A stretch of DNA of 63,678 nt, filler included, from Pirum gemmata (taxonomy: Eukaryota), in assembly GCA_002812295.1 (NCBI GenBank). It is 24 parts of 24 records of this genome, joined end to end, with 100 filler letters (N's around TTAATTAATTAA, not from the genome) between each part and the next. Parts side by side here need not be neighbours in the genome. Positions count along the whole stretch, not along the records: positions 23,925 to 26,279 come from PDIN01006786.1; positions 26,380 to 29,398 come from PDIN01006787.1; positions 29,499 to 31,840 come from PDIN01006788.1; positions 31,941 to 36,056 come from PDIN01006789.1; positions 36,157 to 38,478 come from PDIN01006790.1; 19 more parts are not named here. One strand, given 5' to 3'. Of the stretch, positions 24,078-37,505 are shown piece by piece; positions within the stretch are counted from its first letter, which is position 1; each line of letters starts with the position of its first letter. The translations under genes and the position numbers were made by a program. The notes beneath the pieces were generated by a model. The model searched no databases, was not told the origin of the DNA, and saw only the letters and a program-made list of their open reading frames with translations.

Positions 24078-25870
24078 GTATGATGTTGGTTTTGTTTGTT
24101 TGGGTTAAGGTTCGGGTAAGGGTTAAGGAGTTAGGGTTAGGGTTAGGTTTAGGGTTAGGGTTAGAGTTAGCATTAGGGTTAGGGTTAGGGTTAGGGTTAG
24201 GGTTAGGGTTAGGGTTAGGGTTAGGGTTAGAGTTAGCATTAGGGTTAGGGTTAGTGTGTAGGGTTAGGGTTAGGGTTAGGTTAACTGGGAGAAACCGTGG
24301 CAAAATTAGTTGTAATATTGAATGCAAACAGTATTCCGAGTTCGTTATTAAGATTAAGTCATGGATGAATGCTCACATACATAAAGTACCTTTTTAGTTT
24401 TATTTATGTCTGTTCTCTCGTTTTCTTATAAAACTTTTTAGATTTTGAAGATTTTTTGAATGAAAATGCTAGTCCAGCTACAAGTACTCGTAAAGCTACT
24501 TTACAAAGGCTGGGTTCCAAGGATAGAAAGGATGATTTGTTTGATTAGGTCGTCATACCAACCAATAGAATGTGACGTCACACCCCACCCTCACGTACTC
24601 ACCTATATGTACACCATAACCAGTGTCACTGTCAACGGTCAATATGTTCATTAGTGTCCTGGTTAGAATTTGCTGAACCAAATCACTAGCATGATATAGC
24701 TACTGTGGTTTATCTATGTTTTTTTTTTAAGTTATTTGACTTTTGTATTTGTATGTACATTTTTGCATTGAAGCATCGATGTTTATACACAATGAAGTTG
24801 TTTAAGTTCTTCAGTTATTTACATACGTATGTTATTTTGTGTCTATTTATTTTCACTTTTCGAATTTTATCTTATAAGTAAGTATACTTCCACGTTTCTG
24901 GCTGTAATGGCCGTGTAGTATGTGTAAATTTTTCCAACAAAGTTAAGGTTAAGGTTAGGGTTATGGTTAGGGTTAGGGTTAGGGTTAGGGTTAGGGTTAG
25001 GGTTAGGGTTAGGGTTAGGGGTTTAGGGTTAGGGTTAGGGTTAGGGTTAGGGTTTAGGGTTTAGGGTTAGGGTTAGGGTTTATTTGTCCTTTGCTCTCTT
25101 TAATTGTCTACATTCGGGGTTATTTATTTTCGAATTTTATTTGTTAAAATAAGTATATTTGCGCGTTTCTGGCTGGGATGTTTTTATTTATCTGGTTGGT
25201 ATGTGCTGAAGGCAAAGTTTTATTGCTTTCTTTGCTCTCATAATTATCTACATTGTTTTCGAATTTAATTTTAAGTATACTTAAGCGTCTCTGGGTGTAA
25301 TTTTTTACCTATCTGTGTGTTTTATGTAAATTTGAACAATTAAACTTTCTTAAATAATTTTATTTGTGATTAAGTATACTTTGGGTGCATACGATTATGA
25401 TTATGATTATGGTTATGGTTATGGTTATAATTATAATTATAATTATAAATACGATTTTTTACCTATCCGTGTATTATGTTAATTTTAGCGACAATTTTTA
25501 ATTGTTGTTGCTCTCTTTCATTGTCTCAGTTGTTGCAAATTTAACGATTATAAATGAAAAATAAAAAGAAACCTTCCAATCAGTAAATAACAAAAGGGCT
25601 CGGTAATATTATATAATATATAGATTCGAATTTCGATTTTTTTTTTTTTTTTTTTTNNNNNNNNNNNNNNNNNNNNNNNNNNNNNNNNNNNNNNNNNNNN
25701 NNNNNNNNNNNNNNNNAAAAAAAAAAATAAAAAAAAAAAAAAATCGTGTAAAAAACTTAAAATTTCTGATGGTATAAATTCAAGAGTTAGATTAGGGTTA
25801 GGGTTAGGGATACTTTAGTTAGAATACAATCCGTTTACGTGTACTAGTTAGTCACTGAAAACTATTATTA

Positions 25871-26220
25871 TAATATTTATTATTTTATTTCTTCTTCTTC
25901 TTAAAATTATCTTTTCCAATTTTCGCCAATTCTATGCTTTATTTATGTGTTTTGACTTTACCTTTGTTTTATTGATTTGTTTTAGTCTATATTTATTCTT
26001 ATTGTTTTCAATAACTAACTAATACACGTATACGGATTTCATTAGTATACGTATTATATTTATGTTGGTACACGTACGTACATATTACAAGTTACAGCAG
26101 TTAAACTAGTCAAAACACGTATAAAAACAAAGCACAGAATTTGCGAAAATTGGAAAACATAATTTTATAAGATTAAATTCCACAACAAATGTTTAAGAAG
26201 AAGGAAATAATAAATATTAA
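25871..26220. mobile_element. Fold-back/MITE-like element with long imperfect inverted repeats
   Basis: AAAATTATCTTTTCCAATTTTCGCCAATTCTATGCTTT...GTGTTTTGACT is mirrored by AGTCAAAACAC...AAAGCACAGAATTTGCGAAAATTGGAAAACATAATTTT; TACGTA-rich centre. Confidence 0.6.
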
Positions 26221-26397
26221 TAATAATATATAATAATAATAAAAGAGTACTCTGCTTGTAGTTTAATTAATATAATAATNNNNNNNNNNNNNNNNNNNNN
26301 NNNNNNNNNNNNNNNNNNNNNNNTTAATTAATTAANNNNNNNNNNNNNNNNNNNNNNNNNNNNNNNNNNNNNNNNNNNNAATAACAATAACAATAAC

Positions 26398-26436
<39 letters not shown>

Positions 26437-26840
26437 GGCTAATACTATTATTAATCCGATACTAACACTAACACTAACATCAATACCAACACCAAGACTA
26501 AGACTAAGACTAATAATAATGTAATACTGATAATAAAGATAACAATAACAATAATAGTATAATATCAATACTTTCTTTAAGCCCAAGCCTAGCACTAACA
26601 CTAACATCAACACTGATACCAACTATTGTACTAACACCATCACCAATACGATAACCAACATCAACGCCAACACCAACACCAACATTAACACCAACACCAA
26701 TAAGACGAAAAAACTAAAAATACAATACTAAATATAATGGTAACAATAGCAATACCAGTAATAATGCTAATATTAACACTGAGCCTAAGCCTTGCACTAA
26801 CACTAACAGTAACACTAATTTCAACCAATGTATTACATAG

Positions 26841-26964
26841 TTTACAAGGTTTGGGGAATTCTGTGATTTTAGCTGTTAACCAGAATTATTGTGAACGAGA
26901 AGAACAGCTGAATTTAAGATCAACTGACGAAATTGCTATCATTCCTCCTATATCTGGTGGTTAA
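26841..26964 (+). CDS. MOCS2A: Molybdopterin synthase sulfur-carrier subunit (MoaD/MOCS2A), last exon
   Basis: CATAG acceptor, then LAVNQNY...DEIAIIPPISGG*, the hallmark C-terminal PP.SGG of MoaD-type proteins. Confidence 0.92.
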
Positions 26965-27007
26965 AGTAATACGCATTAGTAGTAGTAGTAGTAGTAGTAG
27001 TAGTAGC

Positions 27008-27085
<78 letters not shown>

Positions 27086-28025
27086 NNNNNNNNNNNNNNN
27101 NNNNNNNNNNNNNNNNNNNNNNNNNNNNNNNNNNNNNNNNNNNNNNNNNNNNNNNNNNNNNNNNNNNNNNNNNNNNNNNNNNNNNNNNNNNNNNNCCTAC
27201 TTTTACCATTACATTTTAACAATCTAGATTTTAATTCCTCTAGCTAGTAGCTAGACCTACTAGCTAGCTGGCTAGTCTAGTCTATTGAAAAACATGATGA
27301 TTATGATAATATTATCCTAGCTAGCTAGTGATATTATCAAAAAAAAAAAGACATGTGACACTTTTGCCTCCTAGTCTAGCTAGAGACTATTTTTTAGGCT
27401 AGACCCAGGTCCAGTAGAGGTACTAGACAGTATCAGTGAAAATAAATAGACCCCCCTCTGCCGGTAGATGGGGGGGTCCACGCTCACGTCAGCGGGGGGG
27501 TCTACGGGTGGTAGACATAGACCCGGGTCTATATATATTTTATTATCTTACAGTTGCCCTCTCAACCTTTAATTTGGTACTGTTTAAGTGTATAATTGAA
27601 CTTGTTTATAAAAAACATTAAATATATAATAGACCCTAGCAACATGTCTGATAGAGTTTCTGATAGTATGGATTTATATTGTATTTCATTTGGTAGACTA
27701 GTATTTATTGTATATTTTATGACGACAAAATACGAGCGACAAAATAACTGAAAAGCAAGATAATAAAAAGGATACGTTTAGGGTCTACTAGCTAGCTAGA
27801 CCCGGTCTACGTTCATTTCAGTTTTGGACAAAGTGGACAATAGACCCACAATATAAGTTAGACTACTACTAGCTAGCGCCTAGGCCCAGGAGTCTATGGA
27901 GGTTGATTTAGACCCCGTCTATCAAAAAAAAAAAAAAACAGTGAAATTGAGCCAAAAACTCATATTATATCTATTAATAATATTATATTTTTTGACTAGT
28001 ATTTTTTGAACTTAGACTACTAGTC

Positions 28026-28193
28026 TATCGTGCTTTTCAGTTATTTTGTCGTCATAAAATATACAATAAATAGTGCCAAATTAATACAATATAAATCCAT
28101 TTAATTTAATTAGGTATATTTTATTATCTATGTATTGATTTAAAAATATCAATTTAAAGATTATAATCCTACAAATAAATGAAAAGCACAATA
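28026..28193. mobile_element. MITE family D (about 170-200 bp; TIR TATCGTGCTTTTCA)
   Basis: TATCGTGCTTTTCA ... TGAAAAGCACAATA. Related copies at about 6037-6210, 18560-18670, 27667-27762, 43955-44125, 48267-48418, 50445-50613, 58128-58316 and 58734-58797. Confidence 0.75.
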
Positions 28194-28620
28194 TTTTATT
28201 TGCTATCATAGTCTAGTCTACTCTACACGATATCTTGAAAACAAAACAAAAAAAATCTAAAGAAATCTATGTAAACCTTTCAATGGTAAAAACACCTGGA
28301 GAGTCTGAGAACTGTCTGAGATCAAAGACCCCAGGAATGCCACAGACCTGGATCTACCCTGGATCTACTCTCTGCTAGTAGTAGCTAGCTAGCTAGCTAG
28401 GTCTTCAGAAATAAAAACAAAACACTCAAAACAGTCAAAAACTGGACTCAAAAGAGAGTATTTTTCGAATTTTTTTTTTGGCCTGGTTCGGATAAAAAAT
28501 ACTTCGAACAGTATTTGTAGACTATGTTCAAAAAAAATTCATTCCGAGTGATCGAAATATTTTTTTCACAGGTGTGGTGATTACTAGCTAGCTAGATCTA
28601 CAATTCTACAATACTAGCTA

Positions 28621-28799
28621 GGAAATCGTCCATAAAGGACGTCACCTAATCTTAGCTATGCCTCTTTGTCCAAAACGCTTTTGGTCATGATTTTAATGTT
28701 CATTTTAATAATTAATTACTGCCTAAAACAGTTTAAAGTCACACTTTCGAGCAATGACTTCTATTAAAGAATAAGTGACGTCCTTTATGAACGTTCCCC
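28621..28799. mobile_element. MITE family B (about 175 bp), Harbinger-like TIR related to family A
   Basis: CATAAAGGACGTCAC ... GTGACGTCCTTTATGAACGTTCCC. Copies at 44591-44762 and about 54590-54720. Confidence 0.8.
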
Positions 28800-29589
28800 T
28801 GAGTAGCCTCGATAGCTAGCTCATAGTAGCTAGCTAGCTAGCTACTACTAACTATCATATCGATACTACTAAGAGAGATAGGAGAATCTCTACTACTACT
28901 AGCTAGCTAGACTAGCTAGCAGATATCATAGTAGTTGTTTTTTAATTAAAAATGACTGTGTTATCATAATATTAATATATCATAATATGATTATATCGAT
29001 ATATGATATAATGATATATATATACCGTATGATATCATGTACTGTATGATATCATATAGATAGACCTATCAATTATACCATATTATCTATATATATTATA
29101 TATTTACTACGTTTAATATTGTTTACGTTATTGTATTGCTTATTGTATTGTATTTTTGGAATTTGTAGAATTTCGTTCTTCTTTTCCTATTACTAAATTT
29201 CTTTTTTCAATTTATTATGATTAAGGTATGTAACATTGTTTTTCTTGATATTTATAACCACCACCACATAACAAAAAATCAACCAACCGACCATTTAACT
29301 AACAAAAAAAACAAGCAACAAACCGAACCAAACGAACAAACTAACAAACAGACAGGTAGACAACAAGAACAAGAACAAGAACAACAACAACAACAACANN
29401 NNNNNNNNNNNNNNNNNNNNNNNNNNNNNNNNNNNNNNNNNNTTAATTAATTAANNNNNNNNNNNNNNNNNNNNNNNNNNNNNNNNNNNNNNNNNNNNGT
29501 TAGGGTTAGGGTTAGGGTTAGGGTTAGGGTTATAATACTTAATAAGAAAATAAATAATAATTAACAACAATAATAATATTTAAAATGAT

Positions 29590-29637
<48 letters not shown>

Positions 29638-29652
29638 TAATATTTAATTTAG

Positions 29653-30938
29653 CAACATTATCAAGCAACATTGTACAGGAAGGAGCTGAAATTTCAAATC
29701 TATTAAAAAAACAATTTAAAGAAATGAATGAAAAAAACCGAATCAAACAAAGTACTAGATCATTTTATAAGGAAGTTATAACACAATCCTCAATTAGTAC
29801 ATCTAATAACGACAAATGCCTATATGTAAATAATACATTACCAAACTTGGCCCGATTATCATCTGGTTCGAAAAAAGTAGATCGAAACGAAAGAGCCACT
29901 TTTTCTTACAATGGAAAGAGAGGTGAAGGGGTCACTGTATATATAGTAGATTCTGGGATTAATCACAAAACTGATGTAAATGGGCAATTTAGTAATGAGA
30001 ACAAACTTAAAACTCGAGTGCGAACATTAGAAAATTTTTCGGGTGACAATAAAACAACGGATTTTGGTTGGGATGTTTTTGGCCACGGTACGCATGTAGC
30101 TGGGATTGTAGGTGCATTGGGGGTGGGGGTGGCGAAAGCTGTGGAGTTAGTGGATGTTAAGGTTTTAAACTGGGAGGGCAAAGCAAACGTACCAGAAATA
30201 ATTAATGGGTTACTTGCTTGTAAAGATGATTGGGAGGCGAAAGGTAAGCCAGCTGCAGTGATTAATTTAAGTTCTGGTCTTCCTGGAAAAGATCCTAATG
30301 CTTATAGAACTTGGAAGCAAAAGTTAGATGAAGCGGCTCTGTTAGTAGTTCAAGCTGGATTACCTATTATCAATGCTGCGGGTAATGATGACGTGGATTC
30401 TTGCACGACTAGTGTGAGTAGATTACCAGAAACTATAACTGTAGGTGCTATTGATTATAATGATCAAATAGCGCGATTTAACGGGGAACCCGCGAAATCG
30501 TTAAAGTCGCAAGCTAGTAATCATGGCTCTTGCGTTGATATTTTTGCCCCTGGATCAAATATTGTATCATTAAGTAATATGGATCCTGATGGGTTGAAAG
30601 TGATGTCTGGTACTTCTCAAGCTGCACCTCATGTAGCAGCACTGGCGGCAATTTTACTATCTGAAGGACAGGCAACTTCTGGGAATTTGAAAAGTGTATT
30701 AGTTGAGAAGTTGGGGGTGAAAAATGTGATTGCTAATAATGGTTTGTATGGTGCGAATAATGTTGTTGCTCAATCTTCTTGTCAAGAAGGGAGTGTACTT
30801 GATACTCTCGCCGAACAATTTGGTTTTAGTGAAGGAACAATTGGAAAAGCTAACATGGCTAATGTGATTGTATCACCTAATTATGTTTTAGTTGTTTTTG
30901 TTTCTGTATGTACGATTGTTTTATTTAAATTTGAATAG
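29653..30938 (+). CDS. Subtilisin-family (S8A, proteinase K-like) serine protease, last exon, with C-terminal hydrophobic anchor (GPI signal or TM)
   Basis: Catalytic motifs VYIVDSG, GHGTHVAG, AAGN and GTSQAAPHVA. In-frame TTTAG acceptor at 29651-29652. C-terminus YVLVVFVSVCTIVLFKFE*. Confidence 0.95.
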
Positions 30939-31021
30939 GCTTAGGCTTAGGCTTAGGTTTAGGCTTAGGCTTAGGCTTAGGCTTAGGCTTAGGCTTAGGC
31001 TTAGGCTTAGGCTTAGGCTTA
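30936..31021 (+). repeat. (TTAGGC)n array starting at the subtilisin stop codon
   Basis: GAA TAG GCT TAG GCT TAG..., read directly. Confidence 0.9.
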
Positions 31022-31720
31022 AGTATGAGTTAGGATAATATACTGTAAATTAAAACATGTAGTAAACTCTATAAATGTTTAAAAAAATACCACTTACAAT
31101 TTAAAACGTAATAATTATTATTAATGTTGAACATTAATTGCATTATAATTTTATACTTTAAAAAAAAAATAAAAAAAAATAAACACGAGTGAATAAAATT
31201 TCAATTTTTTATGGCAACATCCCCTATGAACCCAAAGAATCCAAAAAATCTGAAACTGATCCATTTTTAATCAAAGTACTACCAAAATTTGAGAAATCCT
31301 TTAACTAAGAAAACTATATTATGAACCAATGGCTACTTTTTGAAAATAATTTGGCTAGTTAGCATTAAAGGTTTTTAGAAAACAAGTCAAAAAATGATTT
31401 ATACAGTTTTATCCCTTAGGTTTTATCCGGCTTGGCTATTAAAAAAAAAAACATTTAATGTATAACATTTCTGCAGTTTAAAATTTATCCCTTAGGTTTC
31501 ATTTAGTGTGTAACATTTTAATTTTAATATTTTTTTAAAAATTAAAAAAATGAATAAACAGGATTGAATAAAATTTATATTTATATTTAAAAAAATTAAT
31601 CAAACTGAACAATAAATTTTAGTAAACTTTAAATATTTTTGAGTAAAAACATGTAGCAGATAAAATGTTAACTTCAATTTTGTTTTGTGATTTTAATACT
31701 TAAATAATAATAAACAACAA

Positions 31721-31774
<54 letters not shown>

Positions 31775-32006
31775 CTACTACTCCTACTCCTACTCCTACT
31801 CCTACTTCTACTATTACTTCTACTATTACTACTACTATTANNNNNNNNNNNNNNNNNNNNNNNNNNNNNNNNNNNNNNNNNNNNTTAATTAATTAANNNN
31901 NNNNNNNNNNNNNNNNNNNNNNNNNNNNNNNNNNNNNNNNTATAGATGGAACCAGATGTGGGTCTTTCGGCCCTTGACCATATATATAACCATAATATAT
32001 ACATAC

Positions 32007-32860
32007 CTTGAAAAGGATGCCGAAAAGTACAACATTCATAAAGAACACAGCCCTTACCAAACAAAAAATAAAAAGAAAGAAAAACCATTTTAAATGTTTA
32101 TTTATTATTATCAATGTAATAATAATAATAATAATATGATAATATTGTATATACTATAATCCTAATAATAATAATAATAAACACCAATAATAATACTATG
32201 TCAATATTGTTTATACTATAATGTAGTAACGAAAATGATAATAATAATAATAATAATATCGATGATGACAGGGTATCGCAAAGAACTATACCAAACTCCA
32301 TATATCTGATTTCACTCCGTATTGCATTTGCCCAGAGCACATTTCTACAAAAGCATTTTAATATTTTTTGTAAATTGATAATGAAGATATAGATATTAAT
32401 CATATGACATAAAACAAATAGGTTAGGAACTTAAGATAGAACTTAGGGTTTAGGGTTAGGGTTAGGGTTAAGAGAAAATAGCTCCTCAAAATAATAGTGC
32501 TTGGATCATTATTCTATCTTAATTTTATAAGGTTTAGGGTTAGGTTTAGGATCTATCTTAGGTTTAGGATTAGGGTTAGGGTTAGGGTTAACGATTAGTT
32601 GTTTAGAGTTTAGTAAGGGTGGGAAATAGGTGGGAAAGAAGGCATTTGCTATTTAATAACATTATTATTATCTTAGCTCTTCAAAATAATAGTGCCTGGA
32701 TCATTAGAGTCAGGGTTTACGGTTTAGGGTTTAAGAGCATTTAAATTTGTTATTATGTTTTGAATTATTATTGTTGTTGGTGTTGTTGTTCTTGTGTTGT
32801 TGTTAATTTAAGCTATTATTATTATTATTATTACTATTATTGTTGTTATTTAAGGTATAC

Positions 32861-32912
<52 letters not shown>

Positions 32913-33555
32913 CGTCATTATTATTATTAGTATTTTTGTATTTATTAGTTACGATACTAGTATTTCTTTTTACTATTACAAGGACTTCAATTATTAAAAT
33001 TAAATTATTTTTATAAATATTAGATAAGAATTTTGTTCTGTAGACCCAAAAGAATCCTAATATTATTTGTTGGTTAATGCGTATGACGTCACCATTTATG
33101 TCGCTATACTAATAGTATTTTCAAAGATAATTTTTGAAGTATACAGGGACAGGCCCTACAGGGTACTACATGAACTGGGTAGGTTATAGATGTAATAATT
33201 ATCGATAGGGTTAGTCGGGTTAGGGTTAGGGTTAGGGTTAGGGTTAGGGTTAGGGTTAGGGTTAGGGTTAGGGTTAGGGTTAGGGTTAGGGTTGTTGAGA
33301 TCGATAGGAGACTTAAAAAAAGAGTTCGTATTTATCAACAAATAAAGTCAAGTAACAATAGTATGAATGTATTTTTATAAACAATTGAAAAATCACAAGG
33401 TTAGAGTTACAGTTAGAGTTAGAGTTAAGAGTACAGTTAGAGCTCTAGCTATACATACATTGGGTTTAGGATTAGGGTCAGACGTAGGGAAGTATTTTTT
33501 TCAACCTGGGCTCAAGTACAAAGGGGTTCCCACTAAAGTCTCAGAAAAATAGTCA
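32007..33555 (-). CDS. NIMA-related (NEK-type) Ser/Thr kinase, three small exons (33555-33506, 32344-32292, 32052-32007), subdomains VIII-IX
   Basis: Spliced: DYFSETLVGTPLYLSP|EMCSGQMQYGVKSDIWSL|GCVLYECCTFRHPFQ. All junctions are AG/GT and frame-compatible. Confidence 0.88.
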
Positions 33556-33613
33556 CTAATTTATTAAAATTTAATATTAATACAATAATAAATATATAAG
33601 AAATAATGGTCTT

Positions 33614-33624
33614 TCAGAAGCACA

Positions 33625-33671
<47 letters not shown>

Positions 33672-33750
33672 ATAGTAGTAGTAGTAGTAGTAGTAGTAGT
33701 AATAATNGTAGTAGTAGTAGTAGTAGTAGTAGTAGGGGCAGTAGTAGTAA

Positions 33751-33815
<65 letters not shown>

Positions 33816-34252
33816 ATAGTAGTAGTAGTAGTAGTAGTAGTAGCAGTAGTAGTAGTAGTAGAAGATGTGGCTGTGGTTGGAGTAGTTCTAAGTACCATTT
33901 TGGTTTGCTTTTGTTTGTTTCCTCTTGATGTATTATATTTCATTTGTGATTGTTGTGGTTGTTGTTGTTGTTGTGGTTGATATTGTGGTTGATATGGTTG
34001 ATATTGTGGTTGCGGTAGTTTGTAAGATTGTTGTGGTTGTGGCTGTGATGGTTGTGGTGGTTGTGGTTGTGGTTGTGGTGGTTGTGGTGGCTGTGGTGGT
34101 TGTTTTATGTTTCTAATATTTTGAATTTCGCTAAAATCTTCTTCGCTCGTCGGACTTAACCCTGTTGTTATTGTCATTAGAAAAAGAAGAATTTTTAAAT
34201 TTGTTGTTATTATAATATTGTTCTTTTTATTTGATATTATTATCATTGTCAT
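33614..34252 (-). CDS. Possible Q/P/T-rich low-complexity ORF (uncertain)
   Basis: Open frame with a Q/P tract running into a microsatellite that contains a scaffold join (single N at 33707). Confidence 0.25.
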
Positions 34253-34338
34253 TATTTGATGTCATTGTTGTTATTACTATTGATATTATGTGATATATTA
34301 TTATAATTTAATTCAACTAAATAGAAAATCGAAGTAAC

Positions 34339-34389
<51 letters not shown>

Positions 34390-34399
34390 GAGCAATAAT

Positions 34400-34438
<39 letters not shown>

Positions 34439-34441
34439 AAC

Positions 34442-36056
34442 CTTGAGGTGTCGATGAGCTTTCTGACAAATCTTCTTCGCGTCTATTAAACAATAAATAT
34501 AAGAAAATGAATAATGAACCTTTACCCTAACCCTAACGCTAACCCTAACGCTAACCCTAACGCTAACCCTAACGCTAACCCTCTAATCTCTAATAACCTA
34601 ACCAAACCTCTAACAAAGTTAATTTATAAAATTATAGAAAACTATAAAACTATAAAACTATATAAACAACAACATGATAAAAATACATAAATGAACAACT
34701 TCATATTGTGTAGCATAGACAGCATTTCTTTTTTTCTTTGAACTTGAATCTGTGCCTGTTCTTTCATTTTTGGGTTAGGGATTTTCAGTAGTGACGGGGC
34801 CGCCGAAGGTAACTTATGACGTTTTGTCTGGGATTGTTTTCGTTGTTGTGAGTGTGGTTGAGTTGGTGATGATGGTGGTGATCGGGTTTTATATTTTTGA
34901 AATAATAAACCTATTAAACAAAGTGTTAATATTATTAATAATAAATGGATATTAGCATAGTTTAATTAATATACAAAAAAATTGAATGATAATAATCATA
35001 ATAATCATAATCATAATAATAATAATAAACATAAATATAATCATAATCATAATAATATAATCATAATCATAATCATAATAATTATAATAATTATAATAAT
35101 AATAATAATAATTCATAAATACTTTCATATATAAAATAAAAATCAATTTTAATTATTAATTGATTATTAAATTTAATAATTATTATTACTAATTATTATT
35201 GTCATTGTTAATTTTTATTGTTACCCATTATTATTAATGATTATTATTATAATTAATTCATCATTATTTATTGTTAATTTATTATTATGATTATAATTAT
35301 ACATACAATTATTAGTATTATTATAATTATAATTATCATGATCGTATAACAATTAGCAATCAGAATAAGAAGTTAATAATTAAGAATTGATAGTGGATCA
35401 AAAGAAAAAACAATAAAAGGCAATTTAGAAGTAATTTATTTAACTGGACATCTATAATATTAAACCTACAAGTATATATATATATATATATATATATATT
35501 ATGACAACAACAAACAAACAAACAAACAACACATAAAAATAACGGCATAATGCAAGGTAAGGGTAAATATAAGGGTAAGGCTAAGGGTAAGGGCGGTAAG
35601 GGTAAGGGCAAGGGTAAGGGTAAGGGTAAGGGCAAGGAATAAGGAATAAGGAATAAGGAATAAGGAATAAGGAATAAGGAATAAGGAATAAGGAATAAGG
35701 AATAAGGGATAAGGAATAAGGAATAAGGAATAAGGAATAAGGAATAAGGGGTAAGGAATAAAGGTCAGGATACGGTTACGGTTACGGTTACGGTTACGGT
35801 TACGGTTACGGTTACGGTTACGGTTACGGTTAATGATTATGGTTATGGTTATGGTTATGGTTATGGTTATGGTTATGGTTATGGTTAAGTTTTGGGTTTA
35901 GGGTTAGGTTAGGGTTAGTGTAAGGGTAAGGACAGCATTTTACCTTGTCGGTTTGCTCTTTTCGTTTTTGAATATATCATATCCGGATCCGAAAGCAGAA
36001 TATCATCATCAGTTATGTCTTTGTTATTATTACTGTGGTTATTATTATTATTATTA
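34442..36056 (-). CDS. Putative exons of an unknown low-complexity protein (36056-35944, 34910-34687, possibly 34482-34442)
   Basis: AG/GT-bounded, higher-GC open segments join in frame: ...SDPDMIYSKTKRANRQG|LLFQKYKTRSPPSSP...MLHNMKLFIY. No recognisable domain. Confidence 0.4.
35545..35930. repeat. Compound array of telomere-like variants: (TAAGGG), (TAAGGAA), (TTACGG), (TTATGG), (TTAGGG)
   Basis: Read directly. Confidence 0.9.
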
Positions 36057-37310
36057 NNNNNNNNNNNNNNNNNNNNNNNNNNNNNNNNNNNNNNNNNNNN
36101 TTAATTAATTAANNNNNNNNNNNNNNNNNNNNNNNNNNNNNNNNNNNNNNNNNNNNTTAATGGGAACATTATTATTATTGTTATTTTCTCGCTTTACTTT
36201 CTTGCCGAGTGACTTGGTTATTTATTACACTTATTGTGCGTTTTCAGTGTTTCAGTATTTACGAATTAGGTATTAAATTTTAGTAAATCAATATAACAAT
36301 ATACAGGTAAATTTAATTTATAGGCGGATTTGATTAAAATTGGGGGGTTTTTTTTGTTTTTGTTTTTTTTTGTTTTTTTGTTTTTTAAATGCAGTTTTAG
36401 AATAAAATAATAGAAATTGCACAATGTAATTTCTACATTAAAAGGACTGTTATTTTCTATTTAGTAATGGTGTCCCTCCAAATTTCTACAATAACAATTC
36501 AATTTAATCAATAATACGAAATACTTGTACGAAATACGGAATACCAATTCGATAAAATTGCTTCTGTTTAGTAATCCATAACTCTAAATGATAAAAAAAG
36601 TACAATAATTTCTACATTAAATTTTTTATTTGGTAATGGTGTCCCTCTAAATTTCTACAATAACAATTGAATTGTAAAAGTAAATGTAGTCAATAATACG
36701 AAATAATTGTACGAAATACGGAATACCAATTCGATAAAATTGCTTCTGTTTAGTAATCCATTACTCTAAATGATAAAAAAATAGAATCATTAGTATCCAT
36801 TTTAGTTCTTTTATTAAATAACTGTTGGACGAGATACCAATTCAATAAAATTAGTATAAAATTGCTTCTATTTAATAATCCATTAATGGGTAGTTTTAAA
36901 ACAAAACTATAAAAAAAAGGTACAACTTATTACTGCTTTAAAAAGATCAATACATTAATAGTTTCCTTTTAAAAGTTCTTTATCAATTTAGTTTATTATA
37001 TCGGAATTTTTAATAAAATAACTATTGGAATGTGGAAACACAGAAGGGTGTTATTTATACTGATATTTAATAAAAGTGCATTAAAACCATAATACCTTAT
37101 TAGAGAAACAAAAGAAGGGATTTTTTAAAAGTAATGGAATATAAATTAACAAATTCGGATTTCCAGCCATGTGTACATTATTATTGGGATTAAAAAGGAA
37201 CTACTTTCTGAAAAGTGCGAGAAAAAAGCAGGGTTGTGTTATATAAACAAAGGACCATTATATAAATAAAAGAGTACAGGGTTATATAATATAAAAAAAA
37301 CGTAACGGAG

Positions 37311-37505
37311 GGTACCGGTATAATATTATTATAGATAAAAAACAAAAAAAAACATAGGATTCTGTGCAGCTGCAGCACTAAATTTAGTAACATAACAACA
37401 CACAGATGGTACTGGTATAATATTATTATAGATAAAAAACAAAAAAAAACATAGGATTCTGTGCAGCTGCAGCACTAAATTTAGTAACATAACAACACAC
37501 AGATA
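37311..37505. repeat. Tandem duplication of about 96 bp
   Basis: GGTAC(C/T)GGTATAATATT...GGATTCTGTGCAGCTGCAGCACTAAATTTAGTAACATAACAACACACAGAT occurs twice. A second, roughly 180-bp duplication lies at 36460-36785. Confidence 0.85.

Noticed and set aside
26841..27085. Bicistronic MOCS2A/MOCS2B arrangement as in animals
   Set aside because: Only a (TAG)n microsatellite follows the stop; no MoaE-like frame is visible on this scaffold.
19880..30938. Possible TAA/TAG=Gln genetic code suggested by TAA preceding CAA runs at 19880-19985
   Set aside because: MOCS2A ends GG-TAA exactly where required, subtilisin ends in TAG, and long conserved exons contain no internal stops; the code is standard.
33506..36056. 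NEK kinase apparently lacking a DFG exon and fused to low-complexity upstream exons (giant activation-loop insert)
   Set aside because: The two parts are joined at a single N (33707) inside a (TAG)n microsatellite; a mis-join or collapsed gap is the simpler explanation.
36900..37320. Coding-like stretch, possibly a decayed retroelement
   Set aside because: No recognisable motif and no sustained frame.
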